DNA of 27,601 bases from Chthonomonas calidirosea (GTDB lineage Bacteria > Armatimonadota > Fimbriimonadia > Fimbriimonadales > Fimbriimonadaceae), in contig CAMAPH010000037.1 in the NCBI GenBank assembly GCA_945859975.1, forward strand, positions 1-27,601, read 5' to 3'. Position numbers and translations under genes: made by a program. Of the stretch, positions 25,259 to 27,601 are shown one piece after another (the first letter of the stretch is position 1; each line of letters starts with the position of its first letter). The notes beneath the pieces were generated by a model, which was given only the letters and a program-made list of their open reading frames with translations, was not told the origin of the DNA and ran no database searches.

Positions 25259-26371
25259 ATGGTTATTCAAGGTCTGGCGTCGTTGCTGGAAGAGCCCGGT
25301 CAGCCGGCAGTCGTTCGAGAGATTTCAATCGATCCACCTTCCGCCGATGAAGTTCGGGTTGAGATCAAGTACAGCGGCGTATGCCACACCGACCTCACCG
25401 TAAAGGCACTCAACGGGAACGGAATGGCGTTTCCGATCGTGCTCGGGCACGAGGGCGCAGGAATTGTTGAGTCGGTTGGCGAGAATGTCAAGCACTTGAA
25501 GCCCGGCGATCCGGTGGTTTTGGCTTATCGTGCGCCTTGCGAGCAGTGCCCGGCTTGCCGTCGGGGCGATCCTCGTCGATGCTACATGGCCCTACGGCCC
25601 GGACCGCGCATTAAGCGGACTTCCGACGGAGCCGTATGCTCGCCGGTGTTGCGATGCGGAACGTTTGCTACCCACGCGGTGGTGCATTCTAAGGCGGCGA
25701 TCAAGATGCCAGAAGAAATGCCGCTGGACCGAGCATGCTTGCTGGCTTGTGGAGTGATCACCGGCGTCGGTGCCGCATTCAACACGACGCCCGTGGAACG
25801 AGGGTCTCGCGTCGCGGTGATCGGATGTGGCGGAGTGGGCTTAAGCGTAATTCAAGGCGCGAAGATTGCCGGCGCGAAGCAGATTATTGCCGTTGACGTC
25901 AATCCAACAAAGCTCGGATGGGCTCGCGAGTTCGGCGCAACCGACGCGGTTAATGCGAAGTCTGGCGATCCGGTTGCGGCAGTTCGAGCTCTAACCGAAG
26001 ACGGTTGGGACGGCGGCGTGGACTACGCCTTCGAAGCAACCGGGATTCCGATGTGCACGGAGCAGGCCATCAAGATGCTGGCGTATGGCGGCACGGCCAC
26101 AACCATCGGCTTCCCTGCCGCGACGGATGCGGTGAACCTAAATCTAGGCGATATGGCAACGGGGGTCTATTGGAATAAGGCTTCCCTTCGAGTCTGCCAC
26201 TGTGGCGATACCCTTCCGAGCCACGACTTCCCGATCTTGGCCGATTTGTATCTTAAGGGCCAGCTTAATCTGGACAAAATGGTGACGAATCGCATCAAGC
26301 TGGAACAGGTTGAAGAAGCGTTCCACGCCATGGAAACGGGCGACGTGATTCGCAGCGTAATCGAGTTCTGA
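25259..26371 (+). CDS. Zn-dependent alcohol dehydrogenase, class III / MscR-like
   Basis: GVCHTD, LGHEGAG, CEQCPAC..C structural Zn site, LACGVITG, IGCGGVG. Confidence 0.9.
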   Translation: MVIQGLASLLEEPGQPAVVREISIDPPSADEVRVEIKYSGVCHTDLTVKALNGNGMAFPIVLGHEGAGIVESVGENVKHLKPGDPVVLAYRAPCEQCPACRRGDPRRCYMALRPGPRIKRTSDGAVCSPVLRCGTFATHAVVHSKAAIKMPEEMPLDRACLLACGVITGVGAAFNTTPVERGSRVAVIGCGGVGLSVIQGAKIAGAKQIIAVDVNPTKLGWAREFGATDAVNAKSGDPVAAVRALTEDGWDGGVDYAFEATGIPMCTEQAIKMLAYGGTATTIGFPAATDAVNLNLGDMATGVYWNKASLRVCHCGDTLPSHDFPILADLYLKGQLNLDKMVTNRIKLEQVEEAFHAMETGDVIRSVIEF

Positions 26372-26381
26372 TCGAAATTGT

Positions 26382-26417
26382 CGCTTAAGGGTTGATCGTA
26401 TGATCAACCCTTAAGCG
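26382..26417. terminator. Perfect 16-bp inverted repeat between convergent genes, probable bidirectional terminator
   Basis: cgcttaagggttgatc-gtat-gatcaacccttaagcg lies between the dehydrogenase and helicase stop codons. Confidence 0.65.
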
Positions 26418-26425
26418 TGCGCGTT

Positions 26426-27601
26426 TTAGGCGACGCGGGGTCGCGCTGGTCGTGGGCCGCTGAAAGGTCGGCCTGGTCCCTTCGGACTGCCGTGACGCGA
26501 GTTTGGACGGGCTCCGCCCTGTCCGCCACCGCCGCCACGATTTGCTCCTGGCTTCGGCTGGGCCTGAGGGGCACCGGCTGGGAAGTTGGTTGTCGATTTT
26601 GGCGACAGCTCCATCTTCGTCTTCATGATTCGCTCGATATCTCGAATGTCCTTGTGCTGGGCTGGAGTGGCGAGAGTGATCGCTCGTCCGCTTGCGCCGG
26701 CTCGGCCAGTTCGACCGATGCGGTGAACGTAGTCCTCCGCGCAGTCGGGAACATCGTAGTTGATCACGAGTTCGATGTCTTTCACGTCAATGCCGCGAGC
26801 GGCGATGTCGGTGGCGACCAAGATTCGGTATGCGCCGGACTTAAATCCGGTCATCGCTTCTCGGCGCTGGTTGAGCGTTCGGTCGGAGTGAAGTTCTGCC
26901 GCCGAGTGGCCCATGTTTCGAACCGTTTTCGCGAGCTTTCGAGCGCCGTGACGGGTTCGAGCAAAGACCAAAACCGGTCCCTTCGATTCGTACAGCAAGT
27001 CCTGCAAGGTGGACTCTTTCGCTTCGCCAGGAATGACGATGAGCTCCTGAGTCACGTTCGCCGCGGCCGTTCCTGGTCGCGCGATTTCGACCCGAACCGG
27101 GTCCTGCAGATACTCATCGGCAAGCGATGCGATGTCCTTTGGCATGGTGGCGGAGAACAACAGCGTCTGCCGTGGCCAAGGCGTTTGGGAAAGAATTCGG
27201 CGAATGGCCGGAGCGAAGCCAAGGTCCAACATGCGGTCGGCTTCGTCGAGCACGACGATTGAGACAGCCTTGAGGGTCAGGTTTCGCTGCTTGAGGTGAT
27301 CTTCAAGTCGACCAGGGGTGGCAACCACAACGGTGGGGTTTGTTTTGAGCTGGCTGATCTGCCGGCCCATCGGGGCGCCGCCAACGAGGAGGGCGGTGCG
27401 AAGATTGAGTTTTCGAAGGGTCTCTTCGATTTGGAGGGCCAACTCTCGAGTTGGGGCCATGACGAGGGCACACTGCCCTTTTTGCACTCGCTCTACGATG
27501 GGGAGGGCGAAAGCCAGTGTTTTGCCCGTTCCGGTCTGGGCGAGACCAATGACGTCCTTTCCGTCTACTGCAGAGGGAATGGTTGCCGCCTGGATCGGCG
27601 T
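26426..27601 (-). CDS. DEAD-box RNA helicase (RhlE-like), 5' end beyond the window
   Basis: The frame is open to the edge (TPIQ..AQTGTGKT). PTRELA, TPGR, DEAD, SAT, ARGID, HRIGRTGR and a Gly/Arg/Pro-rich tail. Confidence 0.95.
   Translation of the reverse strand, partial: TPIQAATIPSAVDGKDVIGLAQTGTGKTLAFALPIVERVQKGQCALVMAPTRELALQIEETLRKLNLRTALLVGGAPMGRQISQLKTNPTVVVATPGRLEDHLKQRNLTLKAVSIVVLDEADRMLDLGFAPAIRRILSQTPWPRQTLLFSATMPKDIASLADEYLQDPVRVEIARPGTAAANVTQELIVIPGEAKESTLQDLLYESKGPVLVFARTRHGARKLAKTVRNMGHSAAELHSDRTLNQRREAMTGFKSGAYRILVATDIAARGIDVKDIELVINYDVPDCAEDYVHRIGRTGRAGASGRAITLATPAQHKDIRDIERIMKTKMELSPKSTTNFPAGAPQAQPKPGANRGGGGGQGGARPNSRHGSPKGPGRPFSGPRPARPRVA

Overview
Gene-dense, GC-rich bacterial chromosomal window with no mobile element, CRISPR array, rRNA or canonical tRNA. 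Gene content and style tentatively suggest a diderm such as Armatimonadota/Fimbriimonadia (inference only). Left to right: two secreted amidohydrolase-fold genes (three domains, one with intact metal ligands); two AT-richer paralogous M50-like membrane proteins (one HExxH-intact, one degenerate); a secreted hypothetical; an M28 peptidase; ftsK; an AspT/YidE/YbjL transporter; a minus-strand cluster (ABC ATPase, ABC exporter permease, membrane-anchored SecD P1-head-like protein, three paralogous exported beta-rich proteins, rodA); a divergent MoxR ATPase; a nitroreductase; a Clp1-like protein lacking its kinase motifs; a histidine phosphatase; lnt; an M42 peptidase; a Zn alcohol dehydrogenase; and a DEAD-box helicase truncated by the window edge. 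The most striking unannotated signal is a ~55-nt intergenic cloverleaf (20405-20459) behind a candidate extended -10 promoter, with GGA in all three loops and a 3' GCCA: a candidate CsrA/RsmA-binding, tRNA-shaped small RNA. Several genes look leaderless. All family calls come from motif recognition by eye, not database searches.
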